Made by a program: the position numbers and the translations under genes | The notes under the pieces: generated by a model | The model's input: the letters and a program-made list of their open reading frames with translations, nothing else | Told to the model about the DNA's origin: nothing | The model's database searches: none | Assembly (NCBI GenBank): GCA_051859245.1 | Contig: JBHYGA010000001.1 | Coordinates: forward strand, 480,001 to 544,000 | Source: Gemmatimonadaceae bacterium | GTDB taxonomy: Bacteria > Gemmatimonadota > Gemmatimonadetes > Gemmatimonadales > Gemmatimonadaceae | Reading direction: 5' to 3' | Length of the DNA stretch: 64,000 bases | Shown: positions 1 through 11,098 of the stretch, piece after piece | How positions within the stretch are numbered: position 1 is the stretch's first letter | Layout of the letters: the number at the start of each line of letters is the position of its first letter

Positions 1-243
1 CGCGCTGAAAAGCGCGCAGCAGCGATGGCGCGCGGCGATCAGTGCCGACGTAGACTTTGTCGCCACCGACCAGTACGAGGCGTTTGCGGATGCGCGCGAC
101 GAGCGCTAGTGCTTCTCTGCGGACGCGAGGGCGCGGTAGCGCCAAGGCCCCTTCCTTTGCTGCCGTTTATCGTGCGCCAACGTCGCGTTGCGTGATCACT
201 GTCTGAAGCATGCGTCGCCGTGCTGTTGGCAAATCGCCGTTGT

Positions 244-1122
244 TCACCGAATTGGCCGCTGAATGCGCGCAGCGCCGAGCACTTTCTCGATAAACGGATC
301 GATGTCGTTGTTTCGAGCCTCTAGGGGAATCTGATGCCCAAAGTTTTCATACACCACGGCTCGGGCATTGCCGCCCGCGCGAGTGATGTGCTCTGCCAAC
401 GTCCGCGCTTGATTGGGGTCGGTGCGATCATCCTTCGCGCCATTGAGAATCAAGACTGAGGCTTTGATGTCTCCAGCGCGGTGCAGTATCGACCGGGCGA
501 GCAGTGCAGCATCGCTCCCCCCTGTTTCAGATATCATCGACCTGACAATCAACTTCCTGGCGCCCGTCGCGTTTGAATCCGCAACGTAGGCTTGCACGTC
601 GAAGACTCCCGAGATCAGAACGAGTCCTGCAACGGACGGGTCTTCCGCCGCCACAAGGCCGGCAGTCAGGGCGCCGCGGCTGATGCCCTGAATCAACAGC
701 CTGTTGCGTGCGACGAGACCTTCATCGTGCAGTCTGGCGATCACGCCGGCGACGGCGTGCTGCGTAAACACCCCACTGTAGTCCGCGGGGCCACTCGACG
801 CTCCGTACCCGGGCTGCGAGACGGCAACCGCGAGATAGCCGCGACCTGCCAGTTGCTCCAACACCCCCCAGTCCACGAAATCTTTGCCGCCTTGCCTGGC
901 GCCTTGTTGGTGCCCGTGCAGCAGCACCACGGTTGGCCAAGGGGCATCGCTTCCTTGCGGGCGTGCCAGAAAGTATTCAACGGTCTTGGTCGCGTCATCT
1001 GGATGTGCGATTCGCACGGACGCCGACGCTGAGCCTGACTGACATGACGACAAGAGAAGAGCGGCAACGCAGATGCGCAGCGTAAGGTGCCAGATGGCTT
1101 TTTCGATCTTGGCGAAGATCAT
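244..1122 (-). CDS. Alpha/beta hydrolase (S9 peptidase-like), lipoprotein-type signal
   Basis: GISRG nucleophile elbow, NGAKDD acid, GH His; LSSC lipobox-like motif. Confidence 0.8.
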   Translation of the reverse strand: MIFAKIEKAIWHLTLRICVAALLLSSCQSGSASASVRIAHPDDATKTVEYFLARPQGSDAPWPTVVLLHGHQQGARQGGKDFVDWGVLEQLAGRGYLAVAVSQPGYGASSGPADYSGVFTQHAVAGVIARLHDEGLVARNRLLIQGISRGALTAGLVAAEDPSVAGLVLISGVFDVQAYVADSNATGARKLIVRSMISETGGSDAALLARSILHRAGDIKASVLILNGAKDDRTDPNQARTLAEHITRAGGNARAVVYENFGHQIPLEARNNDIDPFIEKVLGAARIQRPIR

Positions 1123-1203
1123 GACATGTATCGGTGAGGTTTCCTGAAACTACGCACCAGTTGTTGCGTGAGAAATATTTGCGTCTGCGAACGTCAGCCG
1201 CCG

Positions 1204-1569
1204 CTACTCACGCCAGACTTCCACGGACGCCTCCGCGAAGGCGGACAGCGTGGTTGGCGCCTTTCCGAGCAAAAGGGCGAGGTCCGGACTCAGATGATCC
1301 GCCAACCCGAGGCGAGCCGTGCTGTACAGCGCGACCATTACGCCCACGAACACGCGTGCGAATGTTGATGGTTCGCTGAAATCGAAACGGACGAAACGCA
1401 GGAGTGCGTCATCGGCTGGCTTGCACGTAAATGCGGCTGCACTTGGATCCGTCACCAGCGCGCGCACGGGGTGTCCCTCACACAGTAAGGATTCCACGAC
1501 AGAGCGCCCCACATTTCCGTTCGCGCCAGTCACGAGGATCGGCGCTGGTGACGCGACTCGTGCAGTCAT
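1204..1569 (-). pseudogene. NmrA/SDR-family oxidoreductase with internal deletion
   Basis: N-terminal ILVTGANGNVG Rossmann motif joined directly to an NmrA-type C-terminus (LLGKAPTTLSAFA); only 121 aa. Confidence 0.7.
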
Positions 1570-1675
1570 CGGGTAGACCCTTCCAGAAAAACGGGTTCGG
1601 ACGGCGATTGTCGGCCTGACGCGTACGTGCTACTGAATCGTTTCCTCTAGCGAACGTCCCGCGCGTGAAGACACA

Positions 1676-3985
1676 TTGACGAATATGCATGCCCTTGCTC
1701 CACTCCGCACCACCATCCCCACATCGATGCCGCTCCGCCGGACGCTGCTCATGCTGAGTTTTACCACCTTCGCGATCAGCGCGGTGGCCCACGCCCAGTC
1801 CCCACTCACCGCCAGCGACCTGCTCGACGTTGCCAACGCGTCAGTGGCGGACTTGAGTCACGACGGCAACTGGATTGCGCTCACGGTGAGTACGCGCCGC
1901 GACAACCTGGGCGTCGATGCGTCGCGCGATGGTGACCCGAGTTACCTCCGTGTCGCTCCGGTCACACTCTACGCGGTGAACGCGCGTACGCTTGCACGCA
2001 CACCGGTGTTTGCGGCGGCGCGCGCGGTGCGCAGCGTGATCTGGTCCCCTGATGGCACGCGCCTCGCGTTTCTCGAACTTGTGAACGGTCAGCTGCGCCC
2101 CACGGTCTGGGAACGCGCGTCAAAGCGGTTCATCGCAGCGCGCATTACGGACAGTCAATACGTGGCCGAGAACAGCGAACTGCGCTGGAACGGCGACGGT
2201 ACGCAGTTGTACTTCGCGCTGCGCAGCAATGCCTGGCGCACACGCGCCCAGGAACGGTTCGCGACTCTCGTGCGCGGACCCATCACGCACCTCGGCTCGA
2301 GCAAAGCCGAGCCCTTTCTCCCGTGGGAAGCACTGCGTCGCGAGGCTTTCAAACGAAGCGTGGTCGCGTGGAACGTCTCGCGCCAACAGATCACCACGCT
2401 GATCCCTGAAACAATGGTGAGCAGTTGGGATGTGTCCCCCGATGGCGAAGTGCGCGTGTGGGCCGATGATCAAACAAAACAGACTGACTATCAGACCATC
2501 ATGGGGCGCACCGAACGCCTCGTCGCGCGCGTGGGTCGTGACACAACGCTGCGCGTAATAGTGCCGCGAATGCAGGGTACCACCGTGCAATGGAGCGAGG
2601 ACCAGCGGCGATTCTTTGTCGCACGCGAAGGCGCCATTTCGATGGGACGTATCAGCGTGGCAACCGGTGGTGCGGCTGGCAACAACGCCGCCAACGACAC
2701 CGCGCGTCGACGCATTCTCGCGCCCGATTCCATTCCGACCAGCGATACCTCCGCCACAGCGCGCGCTCGTCGTGCCGCCACGCGCTGGTCGCTGGTGCGC
2801 ACAAGCGCGCGTGGTGACGCCATCATCGTGAGTCGGCAGGACGGCCTGTATTTGTCCGACACACTCGGCGCGCTCACCCGTATCGCCGCACTTCCTGATT
2901 CCACCGACCAGAGTGCACCGCGTGCGACGGTGCTCGAGTGGTCGAATGACGGGCGTCACGTCTATCTCGCGCTCAACGCACGCGATCGCTACGATCGCGC
3001 AATTGTCCGCTGGGACGCGCAGACGCGCACGACCGACACACTCGCGCGTGATGCGCAATATCGCACCGGGCTGCGTCTGGCAAAGCAGGGCGGCACACTT
3101 GTGCTGAATCTTGCCGCGGCCAATCGTCCCGCTGATCCGCACGTGGCCGACGCAGCGCTCGGCAATCTGCGCAAGGTGCACGACGCCAACCCGCAGCTAA
3201 CCAGTAACCGATTGGCCCGCACGGAGCTGGTGCGCTATCTCGACGCCGACGGTCAACCGCAATGGGGCGTGCTGTATCATCCCATCAGTGGCACGCGTCC
3301 CGCGCCTACAGTGTTCCTCGTGTACGAAACATTCTTCGACGACAGCTTCGATCCGGTGGCGAACTTTTTGGCATCACGCGGTTACGCGGTGATGAAACCA
3401 AGCGTGAGTTTTGAGACTGGGTATCCCGGCGAAGCGTGGCTCAAGGGCGTGACCGCTGCGGCCAATCATCTCATCACGACCGGAGTGGCCGACTCGGCGA
3501 GACTCGGTGTGCACGGCACCAGTTACGGCGGCTACGCAACTAATCTGCTCATTACGCAAACCAAACGGTTCAAGGCCGCGATCAACATTTCGGGAAAAGT
3601 GGACTTCATTTCGTTCTACACCGATTCGCCGCGACTTGGCGACCGCAACACGCACGCTGCCGAACGCAGCCAGGATCGCATTGGTGCCACGCTGTGGGAA
3701 GCGCCGCTCAAGTACGTGGAACACTCGGCCGTGATGTTCGCCGATCGTATCACCACACCGCTGCTACTCATGACGGGTGGTGAAGATCACAATGTGCCGG
3801 CGATCAACACACGGGAGATGTATTACGCACTGCGCAGGCTCAACAAGGAAGTCGAGTGGGTGAATTACGCGAATGGTGGACACGGCATTCCGATGACCAA
3901 CGCCAGCGAGTTCACGCACTTTCACGACACGCTGGGCGCGTGGTACGACCGTTGGTTGAAGCGCGAAAAGTCGGCAATGGATTAG
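1676..3985 (+). CDS. S9 prolyl oligopeptidase family serine peptidase with N-terminal beta-propeller
   Basis: Signal peptide, WSPDG repeats, GTSYGG catalytic Ser, GGEDHNV Asp, GGH His. Confidence 0.9.
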   Translation: MTNMHALAPLRTTIPTSMPLRRTLLMLSFTTFAISAVAHAQSPLTASDLLDVANASVADLSHDGNWIALTVSTRRDNLGVDASRDGDPSYLRVAPVTLYAVNARTLARTPVFAAARAVRSVIWSPDGTRLAFLELVNGQLRPTVWERASKRFIAARITDSQYVAENSELRWNGDGTQLYFALRSNAWRTRAQERFATLVRGPITHLGSSKAEPFLPWEALRREAFKRSVVAWNVSRQQITTLIPETMVSSWDVSPDGEVRVWADDQTKQTDYQTIMGRTERLVARVGRDTTLRVIVPRMQGTTVQWSEDQRRFFVAREGAISMGRISVATGGAAGNNAANDTARRRILAPDSIPTSDTSATARARRAATRWSLVRTSARGDAIIVSRQDGLYLSDTLGALTRIAALPDSTDQSAPRATVLEWSNDGRHVYLALNARDRYDRAIVRWDAQTRTTDTLARDAQYRTGLRLAKQGGTLVLNLAAANRPADPHVADAALGNLRKVHDANPQLTSNRLARTELVRYLDADGQPQWGVLYHPISGTRPAPTVFLVYETFFDDSFDPVANFLASRGYAVMKPSVSFETGYPGEAWLKGVTAAANHLITTGVADSARLGVHGTSYGGYATNLLITQTKRFKAAINISGKVDFISFYTDSPRLGDRNTHAAERSQDRIGATLWEAPLKYVEHSAVMFADRITTPLLLMTGGEDHNVPAINTREMYYALRRLNKEVEWVNYANGGHGIPMTNASEFTHFHDTLGAWYDRWLKREKSAMD

Positions 3986-4020
3986 AAGGAAACTTGCTCC
4001 AGAGATCGCGCATAGCGGCT

Positions 4021-4968
4021 TTACGGTAACGTCTTCCGAATGTGCGCGCGCACTGCCGTCGCCACGGCCTCTCGTTGCACCACGACCACCACGTGTCCCC
4101 CCGTGTCAAAGCGTAGCAGTTGTGCCCCTGCAATCGTCGCTGCTGCGTACTCGGCGTTGTGATAAAGTTGTAACAGGTCGTCTTTCGCGTGTACGATCAG
4201 TGTTGGTGCGGTGATCGATGCAATCCGCGCCCCCGGCAAGGTGGCTGTGTTGTCGAACACCACGCCAGCGGCGCGCGGCGAGGCGGGATTCATTTCATCG
4301 ATCAATCGCTCAACAAGGCCGCGTGCCTCGGGCGTCAGCGTTGAGACCACGGCATCACTTGCGCCGAGCACTCCCATGAGCTGGCGTTTGAAGAATTTCG
4401 AGATTGGCCAATACGTGTAGTCGTGCGCGAACACCTTGCGCAGCAGGTCACCATTGGCATTGGCAGACGCTTGGTCCACTGAGCTCGAAGCCACCACGCC
4501 GCACGACAAACACGTGAGCGACGCAACCCGCTCGGGATACAACGCGGCCAGCAACAGTCCCGATGCGCCGCCCTGCGACATGGCAACAACGGCCACGCGT
4601 TCGATGCCGAGATGGTCGAGCACGCGTACGTACGCCGCTGCCTGGTCGTCCCATGTCGCACCTGCGGGGAGTGACGATCCAAGGTATCCGAAGCGTGAGG
4701 GCGTGATCCATTGAAAGTCGTCGCCCAGAAGCGCGTCCACGAGCAGTTGCCCCTGGTCGAAACCGCCGCCCGCGCCGTGAATGACGAGCACCGGCACGCC
4801 AGACCCGCCGGTTGTGTACTCGATGTCTCCGTTCGCGCTTTTCAGCACGGTGCTTTTGCCTCGCACGCGCGCGTACGCCTTACGCAAATCGTAGGCATAA
4901 CTGACGCCAACCGCCACGATCGCCAGCGTGATCGCTCCAAGCACGATGAACAACGGTTTCCGTCGCAC
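4021..4968 (-). CDS. Alpha/beta fold hydrolase
   Basis: HGAGGG oxyanion motif, AMSQGG nucleophile elbow, GGH; N-terminal TM. Confidence 0.85.
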   Translation of the reverse strand: MRRKPLFIVLGAITLAIVAVGVSYAYDLRKAYARVRGKSTVLKSANGDIEYTTGGSGVPVLVIHGAGGGFDQGQLLVDALLGDDFQWITPSRFGYLGSSLPAGATWDDQAAAYVRVLDHLGIERVAVVAMSQGGASGLLLAALYPERVASLTCLSCGVVASSSVDQASANANGDLLRKVFAHDYTYWPISKFFKRQLMGVLGASDAVVSTLTPEARGLVERLIDEMNPASPRAAGVVFDNTATLPGARIASITAPTLIVHAKDDLLQLYHNAEYAAATIAGAQLLRFDTGGHVVVVVQREAVATAVRAHIRKTLP

Positions 4969-5001
4969 GTTTCCCCTCCGCGTGGTGCGCTTGTGCAGCG
5001 G

Positions 5002-5307
5002 CTACACGTCTTCGTGTGCCTCAGGCTCGGGCTGCTCGTACACCTTCACCACAAACTCGCGATGCAAGATCTCAATAACGTGCCGGACGTGCGCTCCCGC
5101 TTTTGCTGATTTGATTTGATGCTTCAACGAGGTGAAGGTATCGATCGCGACGTGCTCGTCACCGTCCACGATCCAGATCCACGAGTCGCCCTGCAGTCCG
5201 GATTGCACCTGCGCAAAGTGCTTGCGCACACAGACAAGCAACTGATCGTGCACGTCGGCGTAGTGTTTTTCATACAGGAGCTCCGCAAATATCATGACGC
5301 GTGCCAC
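5002..5307 (-). CDS. Hypothetical protein
   Basis: 101-aa ORF with protein-like composition, GAGG-like RBS. Confidence 0.6.
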   Translation of the reverse strand: MARVMIFAELLYEKHYADVHDQLLVCVRKHFAQVQSGLQGDSWIWIVDGDEHVAIDTFTSLKHQIKSAKAGAHVRHVIEILHREFVVKVYEQPEPEAHEDV

Positions 5308-5308
5308 C

Positions 5309-5491
5309 TCATCTCAGCGAAATGAACGTTCGCCACGTCGTATCGAGATCCGCAATCTCCCCTTCATCACGTACCACCCTGAGCATCGCGTGGTCAGTAT
5401 TTGATACACGACCCAGGAGACGACTCAGCAGTCCACCACGTCGCGAGCGTCGCCGGGCATCGGCATAGGATTTTGGATCATCGTGTGCCAT
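5309..5491 (-). CDS. Small hypothetical protein or gene fragment
   Basis: ATG at 5491 with GGAGG upstream; 60 aa; directly upstream of 5002-5307. Confidence 0.35.
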   Translation of the reverse strand: MAHDDPKSYADARRRSRRGGLLSRLLGRVSNTDHAMLRVVRDEGEIADLDTTWRTFISLR

Positions 5492-5566
5492 GGGCCTCCA
5501 GACAAGGTGCGGGTCGGAGATCACGCGCGCTGCAACGCAGCAGCGTGACGGATCAGCGCGTACATT

Positions 5567-8008
5567 TTGCTCGTGACTATAACCGCGCAACTTCAAGAAG
5601 CACTTGGCAACCGCTTCGACATTGACCGCGAGCTGGGTGGTGGCGGAATGTCGTTGGTCTTTCTGGCACTCGAGCGCGCCCTCGACCGGCGCGTGGTCAT
5701 CAAGGTGCTGCATCCCGAGCTCAGTCAGTCCGTCAACGCGGAGCGATTTCGTCAGGAAATCGCGACCCTCGCCACGTTGCAGCATCCGCAGATCATCCCG
5801 ATTTTGACCGCGGGAAACGCGGGCGATCTGTTGTATTACGTCATGCCATTCGTAGCCGGCGAATCGCTTCGGACGCGGCTCGAGCGAGACGGGGCCATGC
5901 CGGCGCGGGACATGGTGCGGCTCATTGTCCCCTTGGCACGCGCCCTCGCCTATGCCCACCGGGAAGGCGTTGTGCATCGCGACATCAAACCGGAGAACGT
6001 GCTGCTCGCGCAGGGGGAACCGGTGCTGGCCGACTTCGGCATTGCGAAAGTGTTGCGCGAAGGGAAAGCCCAGGGCACGCTCACGACGGCTGGCATGTCG
6101 ATTGGGACCGTCACGTATATGGCGCCCGAGCAAGTCCTGGCCGAGCCGGTCATCGATGGACGCGCCGATGTGTATTCGCTCGCTGCGATGGCGTGGGAGT
6201 TAGTGGCGGGACGAGCGCCGTTCGAGGGCACAGCGCAGCAGGTGATGTCGGCGCACGTGGTCAAGCCCGCGCCAGCGCTTACTGAAGTTGCGCCGACGGT
6301 GACGGCGGGAGTGGCCGCGGTCATCATGCAGGCGCTCTCCAAGGAACCGCGCGAACGGCCGTTGGCCGAGGCGTTTGCGACGGCGCTGGAGAGCGCCGCG
6401 CAGAGCATCGGCTCAACAGAAGCCGCGGCCACATCGCCCGCCGCGTCTCGCCGTGACCGCGCTCCGCGCACGTGGCTTGCGGTCGCGTTGTGTGTACTGG
6501 TGCTTGCATCGGGTGGCGCGTGGTGGTGGAGCGCGCGTGGTGCCACTGGAGCCAGCAACGTCGATACGGCCCTGTCCACGAACTCGCGCCCCGGAGTGGC
6601 AGTACTTCCCTTCGAACGCATTGGTGAGGCCAACGACGCGTATCTCGCGGCCGGTCTGACCGACGAACTCATGACCCAGTTGGCCGACGTACCCGGGTTG
6701 CGCATTGCGGCCCGTACGACAGTTCGTGCCTTCGCCGATTCGGCGCTCACCCCGACAGAACTGGGGAAGCGTCTCGATGTCCGGGCGCTCATTGAAGGGT
6801 CGGTGCAACGGGCGAACAATCAGCTCCGCGTCACCACGCGCTTGGTGGATGTCCGTGACGGCAGCACCATCTGGAGCAACCGGTACGAACGCACCACCGA
6901 TGATTTATTCGCCGTGCAGCGCGATATCGGTGCCGCTGTTGTCGCGGCACTCGCTCCGCGGTTGGGCATTGCCACGCGCAGCAGCAACGCCGTTCCTGGC
7001 GACGTGGATCCCGCAGCGTTCGATGCGTATCTGCGCGGCCGCTTTGCCATGCAGCAGCGTGGGCGCGATTCATTACGCGCCGCTATTGTGCATTTTCGTG
7101 CGGCGATCGCGCGTGACAGTACGTTTGCGCGTGCCTGGGCGAGCATTGCCGAAGCCAGCGCACTGTTGCCGGTGTATGGCGGTGGCGGATGGGACGTGCA
7201 CGGCCCGGTGTTGCGCCTCGCCGCGGAACGCGCACTCGCGCTCGACAGCACGATGGGGGCGCCGCACTTCGCGTTGGCCACACTCGCGAAAGGAACCGGC
7301 GACTGGTCGCGCGCGGAACGTGAGTTTGATCTCGCGCTGCAGCGACAGCCCGATCTGGGGGCCGCGCACCAGAATTTCGGCGAACTGCTGTACACGGTGG
7401 GGCGAGTGGATGACGCAGCAGAAGCGCTTGCCCGCGCCGCTTCGCTCGAGCCCCAGGATGCGCCAATCATGAGTCAGTTTGCTGGTACGTTGGTGATTGC
7501 TGGTCAGTTGGACAGCGCACGCCGAGTGCTCGATCGTGCGTTGGCGCTCGATCCGCGACTGGCGTTTGCGTATTGGTCGGAGATGATGCTGACTGAACGG
7601 CAAGGAGATGACCGCGCGTCGCTGGTCGCCGCGCAGCGCGCTACAGAGTTGGCACCGCTGCCGTTCTTCGTGGGACTCACCGTGCGCGCGGCGCGGCGGG
7701 CAGGGGATGGCGCGGCGGAGAGCCGTGCACGGGCCGAGCTCAGGGCGCTGGGCGAGAGCCCGGGCGCTGCGTTGGCGCAGGCGCTGGCGGATGTCGACGT
7801 TGCCCCACCTGAAGCAACGCTGGCCTTGTTGAATCGCGCCGTGACCGAGCGTGATCCTTTCATGTGGCAGCTACCACTTCGACTCTGGTGGTTCGACCGG
7901 CTTCGCGCGTCCCCTGGCTTCACGTCGCTGAGCGAACGGTTGCAGCTTCCGCGTGAGGTACTGGCGCCGTTACCGGAAGGCCGACGTGAAACGAAGCCGA
8001 GCCGTTGA
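5567..8008 (+). CDS. Hanks-type Ser/Thr protein kinase with TM, TolB-N-like domain and TPR repeats
   Basis: LGGGGMS, VVIK, HRDIKPEN, DFG and YMAPE motifs; AVLPF..GLTDEL domain; TPRs. Confidence 0.93.
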   Translation: MLVTITAQLQEALGNRFDIDRELGGGGMSLVFLALERALDRRVVIKVLHPELSQSVNAERFRQEIATLATLQHPQIIPILTAGNAGDLLYYVMPFVAGESLRTRLERDGAMPARDMVRLIVPLARALAYAHREGVVHRDIKPENVLLAQGEPVLADFGIAKVLREGKAQGTLTTAGMSIGTVTYMAPEQVLAEPVIDGRADVYSLAAMAWELVAGRAPFEGTAQQVMSAHVVKPAPALTEVAPTVTAGVAAVIMQALSKEPRERPLAEAFATALESAAQSIGSTEAAATSPAASRRDRAPRTWLAVALCVLVLASGGAWWWSARGATGASNVDTALSTNSRPGVAVLPFERIGEANDAYLAAGLTDELMTQLADVPGLRIAARTTVRAFADSALTPTELGKRLDVRALIEGSVQRANNQLRVTTRLVDVRDGSTIWSNRYERTTDDLFAVQRDIGAAVVAALAPRLGIATRSSNAVPGDVDPAAFDAYLRGRFAMQQRGRDSLRAAIVHFRAAIARDSTFARAWASIAEASALLPVYGGGGWDVHGPVLRLAAERALALDSTMGAPHFALATLAKGTGDWSRAEREFDLALQRQPDLGAAHQNFGELLYTVGRVDDAAEALARAASLEPQDAPIMSQFAGTLVIAGQLDSARRVLDRALALDPRLAFAYWSEMMLTERQGDDRASLVAAQRATELAPLPFFVGLTVRAARRAGDGAAESRARAELRALGESPGAALAQALADVDVAPPEATLALLNRAVTERDPFMWQLPLRLWWFDRLRASPGFTSLSERLQLPREVLAPLPEGRRETKPSR

Positions 8009-8039
8009 TACGCTGCTGCGTCGGCAAAACACTGTTCGT

Positions 8040-8605
8040 CTACGTGGCGCCGGAACTGCTGTCGGTTTCTTTGGCGTGAAAGAGCAGAATGGGCGCATCG
8101 GTGGCGTCGAACGAGATAAGCGCGTCGATCTCGTTCGATGACCATTGCAACGACGCGCCGGTGGTGACCGCCCCATTCACTCGCGCACTGATGCCGGCAA
8201 AATCCGAACGCGCGCGCGCATCATCGGGTTGGAGCCCCAGCATGAAATGCACCGCGCCACCGGCTGATTAACCCACCGACACCACGCGTGTGGGGTCAAT
8301 GCCATACCGCGCTGCATTCGCCCGCAGAAAGCGCACCGCGTTCATGGCATCTTCCGTGGCGTGCTGCACGGCCGTGATGCGAATGGAATCGCCGACGGTG
8401 CCGCCACCATTGGTCAGTCTGTAGTTGACAGTGGCCACCACGTAGCGGCGCGTGCGTACGACTCCATTTCGGGAAAGAAATCACTCTTGTCGCCAGCAAT
8501 GAAGCCGCCGCCGAACACGAACACCAAGAGTGGCTGCCGAGCCGTCGCGGTGGCGTTGGGTGGCACCGCAATGTCCATTCGCAACGTGAGCGTGGGCTCC
8601 GCCAT
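8040..8605 (-). pseudogene. Carboxylesterase / HSL-like alpha/beta hydrolase, disrupted
   Basis: LLVFVFGGGF, YVVATVNYRL, RFLRANAARYGIDP and G*SAGG motifs split across frames with an in-frame stop. Confidence 0.7.
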
Positions 8606-8610
8606 TTAAT

Positions 8611-8898
8611 GTGGTGCTCGACGTCAGCAGCACCTTCGCCGACTTCTCATGGGGCTTCGCCCTCAACGCCATCATGGAAGCGGGCGCTACGGGAGCGGTG
8701 GGCGGCTACTACTTCAGCACGGCGTCGATCGACAACATCGCACTCATCGACGATGTGACGGGCGAGAACGTGAGTGACGAGTTCGGGCTGGGCTTTGAGT
8801 CGCGCGCAACATACAGGGTGCCCGAGCCGTCCACCGGTTTGCTGCTGCTGGCCGGCCTCGGCGCTAAGCTCCTGCTCGCGCGACGCCGCGCGCACTGA
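8611..8898 (+). pseudogene. C-terminal fragment of a PEP-CTERM protein
   Basis: VPEPSTGLLLLAGLG...ARRR sorting signal; no N-terminal signal peptide. Confidence 0.65.
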
Positions 8899-8978
8899 GC
8901 GCTCTCCGCGCGCGGCAAGAGGTGCGAGTCTAACCTGTCGTGCGAAGCGTGAGGGAAGGAGCCGCCTGACGCGTGCCT

Positions 8979-10559
8979 TTACCTGACGATCTCGGCGGCG
9001 CGATCAAGCATCGCATCCAGATCGGATCGGGAGAAGTAGCGACCATTCACCATCACGGCCGCAATGCGGCGTGTATGTTCGATTTTCTCCAACGGATTCG
9101 CCTCAAGCAGTAGCAGGTCGGCCAACTTCCCGGGAGTAACCGTCCCGAGCTCCTGTTCGCGTCCAAGGAATCGCGCTGGATTGATCGTTGCGCTCTGCAA
9201 GGCGGCGAGAGGCGTCAACCCGCTCTCGACAAGCAGTGCGAGTTCATCGTGCAGGCTGAAGCCAAAGAAAAGAAATGGAAACGTGTTGTCGACGTCCGTA
9301 CCGGCGAGCAGCGACGCGCCACCCGCGTGCAGATCGGCCGTCATTCGCAGGCGCGTTTTGACCTCCCGCGCTCGTTCGGCAAACAGTGTGTCCGGGCCGC
9401 GGGGCCCAAAGCTGAACTGTCCCTGCACGATTCCCGCATCCAGCGCCATCGATGTACGCCATTCAATCACGCGCTCCGGCGACACGTAGCGCAGCCGCGG
9501 ATCCTTGAAGCGATTCTTGAACTCGTCACTGAGCGGATAGTCTGAAACGAATCGTGTTTGCATCTCCACGAGCGTCGGTACGAACCACGTGCTATTTCGC
9601 GCAAAACGTGCGCCAAGTTGACGGCACTTGTCCGCGCTGTAGCTGTTCAGTCCCAGCACAAACGCCGAGTCTTCGGTTGCCGCAGCACCTTGATCGTTGA
9701 ACGCCGCATAGAGCGGGAGCAAGTTGCGCAGCAGGCGCCGAATGTTGTCTTCCTCCGTCGCGCACGACATGCGATGCCGATACGCGTGTTCTATGCTGCG
9801 CATTCCCGCATCGGACGCTTCCGCCGCTGTGATCGCGAGCGGCACATGTCCCGCAAGCGGAATGCGAAGCCGCCGCGTCTCTGCCGCCGCCGCAAAGAAC
9901 ACGTCGCGCGAAAGACGAGTGTACACCTTGATGAAATCCAGACCTTCTTGCTGACGACGAACGATCTCGGCCCGCATGGCATCGGGCTCCGTGATCTCTA
10001 CGTACGTGCGGCGTGACTTGGGCGCTCCGTCAACGATGGTACCGCTCGCGACGAAACGAGGTCCAAACGTCTCACCTTGCTCAACCGATCGGCGCAGCGC
10101 GATGATCGCGCGCGAGTCCATCACCGCGCCGGGGTCGCGAAAGCCTGTCACTCCATTCGCAACGTTGAGCAGCGACGACCATTCCCAGCGGTCGAGCGAA
10201 TGGCTGTGCATATCCCACAAGCCCGGAATGAGCACCTTGCCTCGGGATTCGATGACGCGCGCTGCATCCGGAATGCGCGCGTTCGCACCGACCGACGAGA
10301 TACGATTACCGGACACCACGACGGTGACATCGGGAGTGATTTGTCCAGTCTCGACGTTGAGAACACTTACGTGCGTAAGCGCGATTACTTGCGATGCGGC
10401 GGGTGTTGGCCGTGGTTGCGCAGTCGCAGGGCCCGCTGCCAATGGAAGCGACTGCGCGCCGAGCACGGTCGGTACGAAGAGTATCCAGCTCAGGCTGTGC
10501 TGAATCGTGCGGCGCCAGTGGAGCACAACTGTCATCGAATCTCCAGTGGTCATGAGCAT
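8979..10559 (-). CDS. Amidohydrolase family protein (secreted)
   Basis: IPGLWDMHSH, IKVY, GH, SIEH, LAGTD, GKLADL motifs. Confidence 0.9.
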   Translation of the reverse strand: MLMTTGDSMTVVLHWRRTIQHSLSWILFVPTVLGAQSLPLAAGPATAQPRPTPAASQVIALTHVSVLNVETGQITPDVTVVVSGNRISSVGANARIPDAARVIESRGKVLIPGLWDMHSHSLDRWEWSSLLNVANGVTGFRDPGAVMDSRAIIALRRSVEQGETFGPRFVASGTIVDGAPKSRRTYVEITEPDAMRAEIVRRQQEGLDFIKVYTRLSRDVFFAAAAETRRLRIPLAGHVPLAITAAEASDAGMRSIEHAYRHRMSCATEEDNIRRLLRNLLPLYAAFNDQGAAATEDSAFVLGLNSYSADKCRQLGARFARNSTWFVPTLVEMQTRFVSDYPLSDEFKNRFKDPRLRYVSPERVIEWRTSMALDAGIVQGQFSFGPRGPDTLFAERAREVKTRLRMTADLHAGGASLLAGTDVDNTFPFLFFGFSLHDELALLVESGLTPLAALQSATINPARFLGREQELGTVTPGKLADLLLLEANPLEKIEHTRRIAAVMVNGRYFSRSDLDAMLDRAAEIVR

Positions 10560-10634
10560 AGCCGTCCCTGCCGCGAGCTCAAATCAACTTGCAGCGCGAT
10601 CACCAAAGCGCGCCAGATAGTGCCAGACTTTTTT

Positions 10635-11060
10635 TCAGATCTTGCGGATGGTAACGCTCCGTGCGCACCGCTGACTCGAGAATTGTTGGCGTGAGATAGC
10701 CATCGATTGCGATCGAGCGTCCCAACGCAACGAACTCTGGTCCTCGGTAATCAGGATGTCGTGCCATCTCGTCGACGTGAAGACAAAAGCCCGCGTGCCA
10801 CTCCAGCGAACAGGGGAGCGCCCGAGCGAACTCCTCAATCTCCGAACCGCGAAAACATGGGTCGTCGCGCGATGTCGGAAGTTCAACGCACCAACTTTAG
10901 GACGTGCTGCGGTCGGAGCCGCATCGTAGGCGCCGCCAAAGAGTCGAGTCTCCCAGTGCCAACGCTCGCCGCCCGGAAATGCAGACAAGCTTCCCGCGCC
11001 GGTGCCGGAGGTGGAGACCAAGCGGTGGCGTTCAACGAACGACCTCATGGAAGGAATCAA
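10635..11060 (-). pseudogene. DUF3626-like protein fragment
   Basis: GGERWHWETRLFGGAYD..RPKVGALNF segment resembles DUF3626; remainder frameshifted. Confidence 0.5.
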
Positions 11061-11098
11061 GGCACGTCTACAGCGACGTGAGTCACCAGATGCGTCAC

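Noticed and set aside
175..231. GCCAAC...GTTGGC after the first hydrolase as an attC
   Set aside because: Ends do not fit RYYYAAC/GTTRRRY and internal pairing is weak.
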